Shown here: piece after piece, positions 17,335 through 26,540 of the stretch
Position numbering within the stretch: the first letter of the stretch is position 1
Layout of the letters: each line of letters starts with the position of its first letter
Source of the DNA: Candidatus Poribacteria bacterium
Lineage (GTDB): Bacteria; Poribacteria; WGA-4E; WGA-3G
Length of the DNA: 64,000 nt
Direction: 5' to 3'
Assembly: GCA_965261115.1 (NCBI GenBank)
Contig: OZ253447.1
Coordinates: 3,845,287 to 3,909,286, forward strand
Made by a program: the position numbers and the translations under genes
Notes under the pieces: model-generated
What the model was told of the DNA's origin: nothing
Database searches by the model: none
The model's input: only the letters and a program-made list of their open reading frames with translations

Positions 17335-18273
17335 TTAGGCGTGCGCGAGTAATCTGAGCAGAATCGCTTTCATGCTATGGAGGCGGTTTTCGGACTGTTC
17401 AAAGATAATTGAGCGTTCATCGTTGACGAGTTCACCCGAAATTTCATACCCGTGATGCGCGGGAAGGCAGTGCATAACCTTGCCCCCGTGTCCGTCTAAC
17501 AGTTCGGTATTCAATTGGTAGGGCATCATCTTTTTTAGCCGCCGTTCCCGTTCTTCAGCAAAAGCAGGATCTGTGAAAAATTCCATGTCCACCCACGTAT
17601 CTGTATAGACAATATCGCTTTCGGCGATGACGCTTTCCAATGCACTACCGATGTTGATACTGCTTGTATCAAGTACTTTATAAAGGCCTTTCCGAGCGGC
17701 TGCGTTCCACAATTCTTTATCAACAGCAGCGGGGTTCACTTCCGGTGCGACGACAGTTACCTCAATGCCTACCTTCATACCAGCGGCAATCAGCGAATTA
17801 CAGACGTTGTTATGTACACCGATGAAGCACAATTTGACCCCTTCAAGTCTACCGAGATGCTCCTGTATCGTCATCAGATCGCCGAGTGCCTGTGTTGGAT
17901 GGTATCTATCGCAGCACCCGTTAATTATCGGGACAGTTGCGGCAGCGGCGGCTTCAACGAGGTCCGCGTGTTTCAAGAAGCGCGCTAAAATAATATCGAC
18001 ATACGCCGAAAGCACCCGCATTTCGTCGCTGAGGTCGGCTAAAGCGAAATTTGTTGTTCGCCAATCGAGGTAGTGTGCGTGTCCACCGAGTTGTGTAATA
18101 CCGATTTCACCGGCGCAGCGCGTTCGCGTGGAGGTCTTTTGGAACAGCAGACAGAGGCTTTTCCCACCTACAGCGTGCCTATATTTTTCGGGATATTTTT
18201 TTATATTTAGGCTGTCTTCAACGGTTTCAAGAATATCTTTTTCTGACCATGGGTTCAGTGTAATTAGGTGCAT
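17335..18273 (-). CDS. carbamoyltransferase of the OTC/ATC superfamily (ornithine carbamoyltransferase-like, atypical substrate loop)
   Basis: STRTR, HPTQALGD and HCLPA motifs are present. The OTC 'DxxxSMG' loop reads DTWVDMEF. The start was chosen at ATG 18273, preceded by GGAGA and 5 nt. Confidence 0.7.
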   Translation of the reverse strand: MHLITLNPWSEKDILETVEDSLNIKKYPEKYRHAVGGKSLCLLFQKTSTRTRCAGEIGITQLGGHAHYLDWRTTNFALADLSDEMRVLSAYVDIILARFLKHADLVEAAAAATVPIINGCCDRYHPTQALGDLMTIQEHLGRLEGVKLCFIGVHNNVCNSLIAAGMKVGIEVTVVAPEVNPAAVDKELWNAAARKGLYKVLDTSSINIGSALESVIAESDIVYTDTWVDMEFFTDPAFAEERERRLKKMMPYQLNTELLDGHGGKVMHCLPAHHGYEISGELVNDERSIIFEQSENRLHSMKAILLRLLAHA

Positions 18274-18367
18274 AATTATCTCCACGAGTAGGTCTCCAAA
18301 ATTAGAAACTATAATTATACCGAACTTTTTAAAAGAAGTCAAATATTTTCTAATTGCCAGGAAAAAT

Positions 18368-19438
18368 TCACTGCCTCTGCCATGGAATTCTGACACCTAA
18401 CTCGTCCGCGAGTTGTTCGAGTGTTCGCAACGGTTCGTTGTGAAGGGGTATCCCGTTTACGAGGCGTTCTTGTGTTAATTCCGACTCAATCTCACCGGGT
18501 AGCGTGACGCGGGTAAAACCGGCGCGTGGTGTGGCTTGACGCGTCATCCGAATTTGCCGATCGATTTCAGCCTTGAACTCTGAAACAGCGGTGAAATTGG
18601 CGATGTTAATTGCAAAGAAAAAGTGCGCCGATACGCGTTTTTCGAGTGGCGTGTCTCCGGGCTGAAACCGTTTGTTGATGCCCATCAATCCACCGCTCAA
18701 CGGACCGCATAAAACATCCATCACGATTGCAAGCGCGGAACCTTTGGGACCTGCGGCGGGTAGGATCACGGCGACTTGCCCCGGATCCTCAGTTTCGTTA
18801 CCGTCTGCATCGAGTGCCCATCCCAACGGGATTTTTTCCTGATACAACCTTGCGGTTCCGATCCGTCCGGCGGCAGCAGCACCGCACGCCATATCCAACA
18901 CAATCGGCGGTTCCTCGCCAGCGGGGATGGCATAGGAAAACGCGTTATTGCCGATCGAGACGCTCCTTGCACCGAAAACAGCGACATTTACACCGAGTCC
19001 GTTGGTCGTTGCGAAACCGATCATATCGTGTGGTAAGGCTCGCATGGCGTGACTTGAGGCAGCTCCGAAGTGATTGCTATTCCGAACGATAGCCACGCCA
19101 ATTGAGGTATCCTTCGCCTTTTCAATAGCCATGTTCATTGCCCGAATACTGACGAGATGTCCCAACCCGCGGTCGCCATCTAACAGAACAGAGGCAGGAT
19201 TATCCTCAAGCGTCTGGAGTTGCGGATTGGGATTAATATTCCCGCTGATGATGCCCCGGACATAACCGGGTAAGCCGCGTGTTGCGTGTGAATGAACACC
19301 CCGCAAGTCCATGAGGACCTGCATTTCCGCAATGGTATCCGCATCCGATTTGGCTACACCGACTTCTTGGTAAAGTTGGCTGCAGACACTTTGCAACGCG
19401 TCTGCGTCTACAATCATTTCTTGTTCGTGTTGGTTCAT
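18368..19438 (-). CDS. Ldh_2-family NAD(P)H-dependent oxidoreductase (malate/L-lactate/ureidoglycolate dehydrogenase family)
   Basis: HATRGLPGYV and VRNSNHFGAASSHA are characteristic of the Ldh_2 family. The likely start is MNQHEQEM (19438). Confidence 0.72.
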   Translation of the reverse strand: MNQHEQEMIVDADALQSVCSQLYQEVGVAKSDADTIAEMQVLMDLRGVHSHATRGLPGYVRGIISGNINPNPQLQTLEDNPASVLLDGDRGLGHLVSIRAMNMAIEKAKDTSIGVAIVRNSNHFGAASSHAMRALPHDMIGFATTNGLGVNVAVFGARSVSIGNNAFSYAIPAGEEPPIVLDMACGAAAAGRIGTARLYQEKIPLGWALDADGNETEDPGQVAVILPAAGPKGSALAIVMDVLCGPLSGGLMGINKRFQPGDTPLEKRVSAHFFFAINIANFTAVSEFKAEIDRQIRMTRQATPRAGFTRVTLPGEIESELTQERLVNGIPLHNEPLRTLEQLADELGVRIPWQRQ

Positions 19439-19498
19439 GGCTGAAATGCTCCTTTGAATTGGGAATCGCGATCGACAAGAAACCCCCAAGCAAAAACA

Positions 19499-19575
19499 CT
19501 CGCTCCTACAGAGGAAGACATATCCATATATCGCGAGCACAGCTCGCTCCTACAGAGGAAGACATATCCATATAT
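19499..19575. repeat. 33-bp perfect direct repeat (period 44 bp)
   Basis: CTCGCTCCTACAGAGGAAGACATATCCATATAT occurs at 19499-19531 and again at 19543-19575. The linker forms the hairpin GCGAGC-ACA-GCTCGC with the start of unit 2. Confidence 0.9.
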
Positions 19576-19740
19576 ATAAAGTGAATATGTAAAACTAAAT
19601 ACCCTGATCTCCTTCGCGCTTTTGCTTGATTTTACACATCGTATCATGGTATTATTACTATAATATCACAGAAAACATAAATAGACACAATATTGTTTGC
19701 AAAGTGCAATTTAATCTTGTAGTTTTGGGAGCATAAATCC

Positions 19741-22269
19741 ATGATCTCACTTAATTACATATTGCGATGCCTCTGTCTGATTTCGGTGTTGATACTCGTT
19801 GTCTTTACCCTCAGTTTGGGTGAGAATCAAAACACCAGTTTTTCACGCGAAGGTACCCCATTCTTAAAACAGTTCTGTTTTGACTGCCACGCCGGCGATG
19901 AACCTGCTGCAGAACTCGCGCTCGATGCCTTTACGGATAACCTTTCGTTGATTGAAAATCGCGATGTCTGGGACCGGGTGCTTGATATGTTAACGACGGG
20001 GCAGATGCCACCCTCGGAGAGTGAGCATCAACCAACGCTGGAAGAATCCGATGCGTTTGTTGCGCATATTGAGGCGATTTTTGAACACGCGGATCGCACG
20101 GCTAAGCCGGATCCTGGACGTATCACGGTGCGCCGTCTTAATAAAGTCGAATACAAAAATACTGTTCGAGATCTGCTCGGTGTTGATTTCGATCCGACCG
20201 AAAGTTTTCCTGCTGATGACGTAGGACACGGATTTGATAATATCGGTGATGTACTGACGATGTCGCCGCTGCTGATGGAACGCTATCTTGAAGCAGCAGA
20301 AGCCATTGCGACGCGTGTGATTTTGGTGGAACCACCACCGCCCTTGAAACGCTACCAAAGAGGATGGCGCCTTGAGCCACACCACGATGAGGTCCCTGAT
20401 CAACGTTTCCGGCTTCTTGACCCAACGGCTACAGAGCAATGGAAATCGGGTCCCTTCACGACAGGTGCGCCCTATTTTAACATGTTCCCCGAGGAAGAAA
20501 TTCTCTACAAGGCGACACTCTACGTTGAACCGGATAATGGAACCCCTGCTGCTGAGAACGATCCTTATAGTGAAACCTCGGGTGCTGAACCTGATAATGA
20601 AACGCCTATTGCTGCGCCTGAGCGTCAAACGCCTGTTGAAATCGCCTTATTTATTCAGGGTGCAGCCTTAGAAGGGATCTCTCCGCCAGAGGAACTTGCC
20701 CGATTGGTTGGTGTGGACCCGGCAGCCGATAACAAGATCAAGATTCTGAAAACCTTTGAGATTACTTCCCGCGACCCGAAAAAGACACAGACAGTTGAGG
20801 TGCTGGTTACCGGCATTCCGAACATCGAAAGGGCAGGGATTGCGATGGTTAAATCTACAGACGGTGAGCCGTCCGCCAAGCTCCAAATCCGGGCACTCTG
20901 GGCGGAGGGGCCATTGGATACTCGCCCTGATACCCAACTCGAAATCTTGGCATGTACACCGGACATCCCACAAATAGAACAGACGCGTGAAGTATTGACC
21001 CGCCTGCTTCGTGGTGGATATCGCCGTCCGCCGACTGAAACCGAAATCGAACAACTCACGCAGTTTGTTGCATCCGTCCAAGCCGATGGTGCGAAATGGG
21101 AAGCCGGTATTCAAGAAGCGATTAAAGTCATTCTCTGTTCACCGAAGTTCCTATTTCGATTGGAGTTAGATGATCGTCCGCAGAGTCCAGAGCCGTACCC
21201 AATTGATGAGTTCCAACTCGCCTCTCGGCTTTCCTACTTCCTTTGGAGCAGCATGCCTGATGACGAACTCTTTGCGCTTGCCGAGAAAGATCAGTTGACC
21301 CCGAATCTTGAAGCACAAGTTAAACGGATGTTGGCGGATCCGAAGGCGGCGGAATTGGCACGCGACTTCGGCTCACAATGGCTGCAAATCCAACGCATCG
21401 CGACGGTTACACCTGATCGTGAACGTTTTCCGGTCTTTGGTCGCAGATTGCGTGCGGCGATGTTGGGGGAGACAGAACTCTTTCTCGAATCAATCTTCCG
21501 TGAGGATAGGAGCGTCCTTGATCTACTTGACGCAGATTACACTTTCCTCAATCAGGAATTGGCGAACCATTACGGTATTGCTGACACCAAGGGGAACTGG
21601 ATGTATCAGGAGAAAACTGTACCCGGTGGCGAAGCGATTAAAGGTAGAGAGTTTCGGCGTGTTGCGTTGCAAGGTGCCTCACGCGGCGGTATACTTACCC
21701 ACGCCAGCGTCTTGACAGTGACTTCTAACCCGACCCGAACCTCACCCGTAAAACGAGGACGTTGGGTGCTGGAACAGATTCTCGGTTCACCACCACCGCC
21801 GCCACCACCGGATGTCCCGGAATTGGAAGAGGATCACGATGCTATTACCGGAACCACTTTGCGAGAACGTCTTGAGCAGCATCGAGAAGACCCCGCATGT
21901 GCCAACTGCCATGCCAAAATGGACCCCATCGGGTTCGCACTCGAAAACTATAATGCAATTGGAGCGTTTCGGACCAAAGAGGGTGAATTGGAGATTGATA
22001 CAACAGCGGTATTGCCGGATGGTACCTCTTTTGACGGTATAGCAGACCTGAAACAGATCCTTAAGGATAGGAAACAACAGTTTGTGCGCTGTTTGACGGA
22101 AAAGATGTTGACGTATGCTCTGGGTAGAGGATTGGAATATTACGACCGACCGACTATTGATCGGATCGTCGCACAGCTTGAAGTTGCAGACTATAGAAGT
22201 TCGGTACTGATTACTGAAATTGCTAAAAGCGATCCGTTCCGGTTACGACGCGGTACTGAGGATAATTGA
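19741..22269 (+). CDS. DUF1592/DUF1595/DUF1587/DUF1588/DUF1585-type protein (planctomycete cytochrome-c-like domain family)
   Basis: N-terminal FCFDCHAG heme-c-like CxxCH, C-terminal [18 protein letters not shown], and a poly-Pro tract. The 842-aa size and order match the family that usually partners with DUF1552. Confidence 0.72.
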   Translation: MISLNYILRCLCLISVLILVVFTLSLGENQNTSFSREGTPFLKQFCFDCHAGDEPAAELALDAFTDNLSLIENRDVWDRVLDMLTTGQMPPSESEHQPTLEESDAFVAHIEAIFEHADRTAKPDPGRITVRRLNKVEYKNTVRDLLGVDFDPTESFPADDVGHGFDNIGDVLTMSPLLMERYLEAAEAIATRVILVEPPPPLKRYQRGWRLEPHHDEVPDQRFRLLDPTATEQWKSGPFTTGAPYFNMFPEEEILYKATLYVEPDNGTPAAENDPYSETSGAEPDNETPIAAPERQTPVEIALFIQGAALEGISPPEELARLVGVDPAADNKIKILKTFEITSRDPKKTQTVEVLVTGIPNIERAGIAMVKSTDGEPSAKLQIRALWAEGPLDTRPDTQLEILACTPDIPQIEQTREVLTRLLRGGYRRPPTETEIEQLTQFVASVQADGAKWEAGIQEAIKVILCSPKFLFRLELDDRPQSPEPYPIDEFQLASRLSYFLWSSMPDDELFALAEKDQLTPNLEAQVKRMLADPKAAELARDFGSQWLQIQRIATVTPDRERFPVFGRRLRAAMLGETELFLESIFREDRSVLDLLDADYTFLNQELANHYGIADTKGNWMYQEKTVPGGEAIKGREFRRVALQGASRGGILTHASVLTVTSNPTRTSPVKRGRWVLEQILGSPPPPPPPDVPELEEDHDAITGTTLRERLEQHREDPACANCHAKMDPIGFALENYNAIGAFRTKEGELEIDTTAVLPDGTSFDGIADLKQILKDRKQQFVRCLTEKMLTYALGRGLEYYDRPTIDRIVAQLEVADYRSSVLITEIAKSDPFRLRRGTEDN

Positions 22270-23465
22270 CGATGCGAATTTTTCTAAGTTTCCTTGCGGT
22301 TCGGTCGGCTGGGCGCGTTAAGTTGACGGTCCCATTCTGTATATCTGAAAAAATCCACAGAAACACCCAAGCAAAACCATTCCACTTCGTTTCAAGTTAC
22401 GCGTCTTTTAATTTACCCTTCAGTTTTGCTGCTCTCTTTCTATTAATCATAATTCTCCAAGCGAGTTGTTATACACTGCCCCCTGAAACATCAAGTAAAT
22501 ATCCGCTCTTACGGTTGCAGGAAAAATATTCTATCTACTTAGATTCTACATGGACGCCAAAAGACGCTGCTGCGCTTTTAAAGGTCTTTGAAACCATATC
22601 TCCAGATCTGATAAATCCACAGTTTTCTTCATGGAATGTAAGCGATGATGCGTTAGAAAACGGGATTAAGATTGAATTTAAAGATAAGTCAAAACACGTT
22701 ACCATTAGTAGGGACGTGCTGCCAACCGAAGAATCTCAGGGAATAGCATCACCGGAGAAACGTCTTTTTCATGCTGTCGTTCAATTCATAACTGAAAATG
22801 GGACAAATAGATCCGCAATAAAATCAATAATGAAAACGAGGTATGGTATAGATGTCCCGTCTCATGCTGCATTACCCCCGCGTACGAAAAACAACACAGC
22901 CAAAGGTTATTCGGATTTTGGAAATGACGATCTGATGCTTATTATGTCCGTCCTTGAAGAATTCCCTCAGGCATTACGTAAAACACCGCAATTAAAGTAT
23001 ATAGTCCGTAGAGTTGATACGGAAGAAAAAGGGATCAGTTCTGCAATGGTAAGTCGCGGTTATATAACATTTGCTGAATCTATTTTCCTTCGCTATCGCG
23101 ATCATCGTGATGATCTCGGTCGCTTTCATCGCGATGATACGCGTAAGATAATTGCCCACGAAAAGGCCCATTTTTTATGGTGGTATGTTTTTGATCCTCA
23201 ACTTAAAAAGGATTGGGCGAAACTTGGCGGATGGCAACAAGATTTAACAAGTGAATCCGGCTGGTCAACGACTCAAGAGCGATCGAAGTTTGTAACGGAT
23301 TACGCTTATACAGAAAATCCAGATGAGGATATAGCCGAAAGCATCGGCTTCTATTTTGTTTATCCCGATAAACTCCGTTCTTGTTGTCCTGAGAAATATG
23401 AATTTATTCATAATCGGATTATGCTGATGTATGGCAACCGTTGGAGTCCATCCAATCCTATGTAA
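22266..23465 (+). CDS. lipoprotein with HExxH metalloprotease-like motif
   Basis: Lipobox LQASC after a hydrophobic stretch. HEKAHFLWW is followed downstream by NPDEDIAESIGFY (gluzincin-like third ligand?). The true start is uncertain; TTG at about 22323 is possible. Confidence 0.45.
   Translation: MTMRIFLSFLAVRSAGRVKLTVPFCISEKIHRNTQAKPFHFVSSYASFNLPFSFAALFLLIIILQASCYTLPPETSSKYPLLRLQEKYSIYLDSTWTPKDAAALLKVFETISPDLINPQFSSWNVSDDALENGIKIEFKDKSKHVTISRDVLPTEESQGIASPEKRLFHAVVQFITENGTNRSAIKSIMKTRYGIDVPSHAALPPRTKNNTAKGYSDFGNDDLMLIMSVLEEFPQALRKTPQLKYIVRRVDTEEKGISSAMVSRGYITFAESIFLRYRDHRDDLGRFHRDDTRKIIAHEKAHFLWWYVFDPQLKKDWAKLGGWQQDLTSESGWSTTQERSKFVTDYAYTENPDEDIAESIGFYFVYPDKLRSCCPEKYEFIHNRIMLMYGNRWSPSNPM
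22279..22305 (+). repeat. dispersed motif copy B (TTTTTCTAAGTTTCCTTGCGGTTCGGT)
   Basis: Carries the identical 14-nt core. It lies 10 nt downstream of the DUF1592 gene stop. Confidence 0.8.
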
Positions 23466-23514
23466 GGACACATATTAGCAAAACGTACTGGTCGGAATAT
23501 AAGGAAGCACACCC

Positions 23515-23925
23515 ATGAGAAAATACAGGACATGGCACGAAATACTAATGGAACAACTTTCTGATAGGGATGACGCGATTGACTATCTTCAGGTGACATT
23601 GGAAGAGTACCAAGTGGACGGCGATACCTCATTTTTTCTCAGTGAGATCCGTACCGTTGTAGAAGCACAAGGGGGAGTCTCCAAACTTGCCGAGAAAATT
23701 GATGTTGAGCCACAGGTACTATCAGATATGCTCACCAGTAAAGTTGCACCACGGCTTGATATGTTCAGCACCATTCTCCAGGCACTTGGGTGTCGACTAT
23801 CGATTGAATCGCTAAGTGACACCGGTTGTAGCCCACAGTGTGTGAATAAGGATCATCCTGTTGCATCAAACAAGGTCGTAGACGTTAATCTTGAAGTTGC
23901 TACTGAAAATAGGGATCCGAGTTAA
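23515..23925 (+). CDS. HTH antitoxin-like protein (HigA/COG3636-like 'addiction module antidote')
   Basis: The N-terminal part, W.E.L...L.D.D.A..YL...LEE...DGD...FL..IR.VVEAQGG.SKLAEK......LS.MLS....P....F..IL.ALG..L, matches that family pattern. No cognate toxin ORF lies upstream. Confidence 0.5.
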   Translation: MRKYRTWHEILMEQLSDRDDAIDYLQVTLEEYQVDGDTSFFLSEIRTVVEAQGGVSKLAEKIDVEPQVLSDMLTSKVAPRLDMFSTILQALGCRLSIESLSDTGCSPQCVNKDHPVASNKVVDVNLEVATENRDPS

Positions 23926-24012
23926 GCAATACCTTGTTGCCTTAGCGTGATAACACCCACTATTTGAAGGTAGAGAAAACCTCGGTTTCATTGCGATTGC
24001 GGTATTGCCTAA

Positions 24013-24177
24013 GGGTTAACCGCTTATGTAAGTTCTGGTATCTATCGAAGTCGTGATCGTGCAGCGTATTGGGATGGGACGAATGAAATGGGTGAATCAG
24101 TGGCAAGTGGTATCTACTTTTACACGCTTTCAGCAGGCGATTTTAAGGCTACTCGCAAAATGTTAATCATAAAATAA
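24013..24177 (+). pseudogene. remnant of a FlgD-Ig/T9SS-type C-terminal sorting domain
   Basis: The open 54-codon frame ends in ...YRSRDRAAYWDGTNEMGESVASGIYFYTLSAGDFKATRKMLIIK*. This is the typical tail of such domains. It has no start codon and no upstream body, because a stop lies at 24010. Confidence 0.5.
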
Positions 24178-24230
24178 CGTGACGAATATACAAGCGTATG
24201 GTAAACTAAACTTTAGTGACGGAGGTGCTT

Positions 24231-25271
24231 ATGAACACATCAAAACAACTTTCACGTCGAACATTTTTACGGGGTCTGGGTGTCAGTGCCGTTCTGCCGG
24301 TACTCAATCCCCTGACCACTTGGGCAGATATTCCCTCAAAAGAGGGACCGATTACCCGTTATCCCGATCCAGCGGTTGAAGTTATTGACCCGCGTTTTGC
24401 GAAATACAAAATCGGGAACGCTGTTGTGGAGCGATTGTGGACAGGTGCGCGTTGGTCTGAGGGACCTGTCTGGTTCGGCGATGGTGGGTACCTCCTCTGG
24501 AGCGACATTCCGAATAACCGTATCCTGAAATGGCAGGAAGCCACGGGTAAGGTAAGTGTCTATCGCAAACCGTCTAACTACACCAACGGTCATACGCGCG
24601 ACCGGCAAGGTCGGCTCATCAGTTGCGAACACGGCACACGACGCGTCACTCGCACCGAATATGACGGAACGGTTACTGTCCTGATTGATAACTTTGAAGG
24701 CAAACGGTTCAACGCACCGAACGACGTGGTCGTCCACCCTGACGGACACATCTGGTTTACGGATCCGGGATACGGTATTCTGTTCAATTACGAAGGGCAT
24801 AAGGCACCCTTTGAATTGCCGACCTCCGTCTATCGTCTGAATCCGGACACTGGGAAAGCGACGGTTGGGACGGAAGAGCTCGAAAGACCGAACGGTATCT
24901 GCTTTTCGCCTGATTACGAAAAACTCTATATTGCTGACACAGGCACACCTAAAAATATTGTTGTCTTCGATGTCGTAGACAGTGAGCGGTTGAGCAACAA
25001 GCAGGTCTTCGCTGAGATGGCACCCGGTGCTGCTGATGGTATGCGGTGTGATACTGATGGCAATGTTTGGACTGGCACAGGCTGGGTCGGTGAAGGTTAT
25101 GATGGGGTACATATCTTTGCACCGGACGGCACGCTTATCGGTAAGATTCACCTCCCAGAAATCTGTTCAAATATCTGTTTCGGTGGTGTGAAGCGGAACC
25201 GGCTCTTTATGACAGGCAGCCAGTCCCTCTACTCGGTTTATGTTGAAGCGCAAGGGGCTCCGCTGTTTTAG
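24231..25271 (+). CDS. SMP-30/gluconolactonase/LRE-like beta-propeller with Tat signal
   Basis: Twin-arginine signal SRRTFLRGLG. EGPVW...LLWSDIPNNRI, NGHTRD, RFNAPNDVVVHPDG.IWFTDP, PNGICFSPD and DG(M)RCD match gluconolactonase family blades. GGAGG lies 5 nt before ATG 24231. Confidence 0.8.
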   Translation: MNTSKQLSRRTFLRGLGVSAVLPVLNPLTTWADIPSKEGPITRYPDPAVEVIDPRFAKYKIGNAVVERLWTGARWSEGPVWFGDGGYLLWSDIPNNRILKWQEATGKVSVYRKPSNYTNGHTRDRQGRLISCEHGTRRVTRTEYDGTVTVLIDNFEGKRFNAPNDVVVHPDGHIWFTDPGYGILFNYEGHKAPFELPTSVYRLNPDTGKATVGTEELERPNGICFSPDYEKLYIADTGTPKNIVVFDVVDSERLSNKQVFAEMAPGAADGMRCDTDGNVWTGTGWVGEGYDGVHIFAPDGTLIGKIHLPEICSNICFGGVKRNRLFMTGSQSLYSVYVEAQGAPLF

Positions 25272-25321
25272 CGTCCCTCTCATACAAATATGTGAGCACG
25301 CCGCGATAGGGGCTCCACACG

Positions 25322-25372
25322 ATACGCTCGTAGGGGTTGGGTAACCCAACCCCTACGGTTCCGCGAGCGTAT
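25322..25372. repeat. REP-like palindrome P1 nested in an outer stem
   Basis: GTAGGGGTTGGGT-A-ACCCAACCCCTAC (25330-25356) is flanked by ATACGCTC (25322-25329) and GAGCGTAT (25365-25372). It is intergenic, downstream of the gluconolactonase gene. Confidence 0.85.
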
Positions 25373-25399
25373 GCAAATAATTATGAGCTTTACTATAAT

Positions 25400-26479
25400 A
25401 TGCTACCTCGAAACTTTTACAGCAGATGCCCATCATCTTATACGTTTTTAATTTTGCTTCTGCTACTCATACCTATATTCTCAGGATGTGAGCGGATTCA
25501 GCAGGTCACCACTGACAAAATAACAGTGAAAAAAAACTGCACAGCCGGTAAGCGCGTTCTTAATTTCGGTTTCTATGCCTATTTCGCACCTGTGAGTTAT
25601 AGTGCCAACGAAGACCCGAATTCCGAAGGATTCAACGTCCATCAAGGTTATGAAGCGGACCTATTAACGGGACTTGAAGCCATGGAGGACGCAGACTTAT
25701 CTTTTTCTCGAAGTGCGATCGCCGAATGGCACGGCATCTGGCTCAAAGCTGCCGATCCGGAATACGATATTATTGGTGGCGGAATTACGATCCTCGATTC
25801 TCGGACGCGAGACACAACAGGCACCCCGCTCGTTAACTTTACATCGGGACATATCAAGTTCCGCCAATCGCTCCTGGTCCGCGCCGAGGACGCTGAATGG
25901 CTCCCAAGTTACGCTGCGCTCACGCGTGATGTCCGTGTTGGTGCACTTTCCGGCACAACAGGAGAAGCGCGCTTACTTGAAATCATAGGTATTGTTGATG
26001 CCAATGGCGTTCTTATGGAAGGAACGCGCATTGAAACCCTCCAAGGTACTGTTATTGCTGATGGAACATCGGATTATATGATTACCGCAGCAGGTGCCAC
26101 TCCAAACTTAGCGGGCAGGCGCCATCTCTATCCGCCTTTAGAAAATATGCCACAGATTATCTATCTCGGAGACGAAGTTGGTGAATCGGAATTACTTGAA
26201 GCCCTCGCCGAAGGCAGTATTGATGCTATTGCCAGAGGTGAGGTAGGCAACAGGGATGCTACCTATGCTACTGGGGACACGTTTGTTGTTACTGCACTTG
26301 ACGATCAGGTCGAGTTCGGGGGGTTTACCCTTGCATTGGAAGATGCTCAATTGACGACATGTATTGATGAAAGGCTCAACTATTTAACCGATAACGGAAA
26401 CATCGGTTACGGAGAATGGCTGCAGAATCGTGAGATATTCCTAACCCGCGCCGAGATGTGGAATGCCGAGAAGCGATAA
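25400..26479 (+). CDS. periplasmic solute-binding lipoprotein (family-3 / PBP2-like)
   Basis: Lipobox IFSGC. FGFYAYFAPVSY...GYEADLL...GGITILDSR...VGALSGTTGE is compatible with type-2 periplasmic binding proteins. The start was chosen at MLPRNFY. Confidence 0.5.
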   Translation: MLPRNFYSRCPSSYTFLILLLLLIPIFSGCERIQQVTTDKITVKKNCTAGKRVLNFGFYAYFAPVSYSANEDPNSEGFNVHQGYEADLLTGLEAMEDADLSFSRSAIAEWHGIWLKAADPEYDIIGGGITILDSRTRDTTGTPLVNFTSGHIKFRQSLLVRAEDAEWLPSYAALTRDVRVGALSGTTGEARLLEIIGIVDANGVLMEGTRIETLQGTVIADGTSDYMITAAGATPNLAGRRHLYPPLENMPQIIYLGDEVGESELLEALAEGSIDAIARGEVGNRDATYATGDTFVVTALDDQVEFGGFTLALEDAQLTTCIDERLNYLTDNGNIGYGEWLQNREIFLTRAEMWNAEKR

Positions 26480-26511
26480 TACTGACAAACGCAGCGCAGA
26501 GAAACAAAGAC

Positions 26512-26540
26512 TTGACATTGACCTAAAAATGTAATATAAT
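26512..26540 (+). promoter_or_regulatory. consensus sigma70 promoter upstream of the DUF1552 gene
   Basis: TTGACA (26512-17), a 17-nt spacer, then TATAAT (26535-40), read directly. It lies 64 nt upstream of ATG 26605. Confidence 0.7.

Noticed and set aside
21787-21815. Poly-proline-coding CCACCACCGCCGCCACCACC tract in the DUF1592 gene as a DNA repeat or slippage site
   Set aside because: It encodes the PPPPPPPP linker preceding the conserved C-terminal domain, which I recall as common in this family. It is not a homopolymer and there is no sign of frame disruption.
24336-25151. 271-aa antisense ORF within the gluconolactonase-like gene
   Set aside because: The plus-strand frame carries clear SMP-30/gluconolactonase motifs and a Tat signal. 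The antisense frame has none and no plausible RBS.
25337-25399. N-terminal 21 codons of the 25337..26479 ORF (MGNPTPTVPRAYANN...)
   Set aside because: This part is translated from the REP-like palindrome and its outer stem. A proper lipoprotein signal begins at MLPRNFY (25400), so the upstream part is treated as non-coding.
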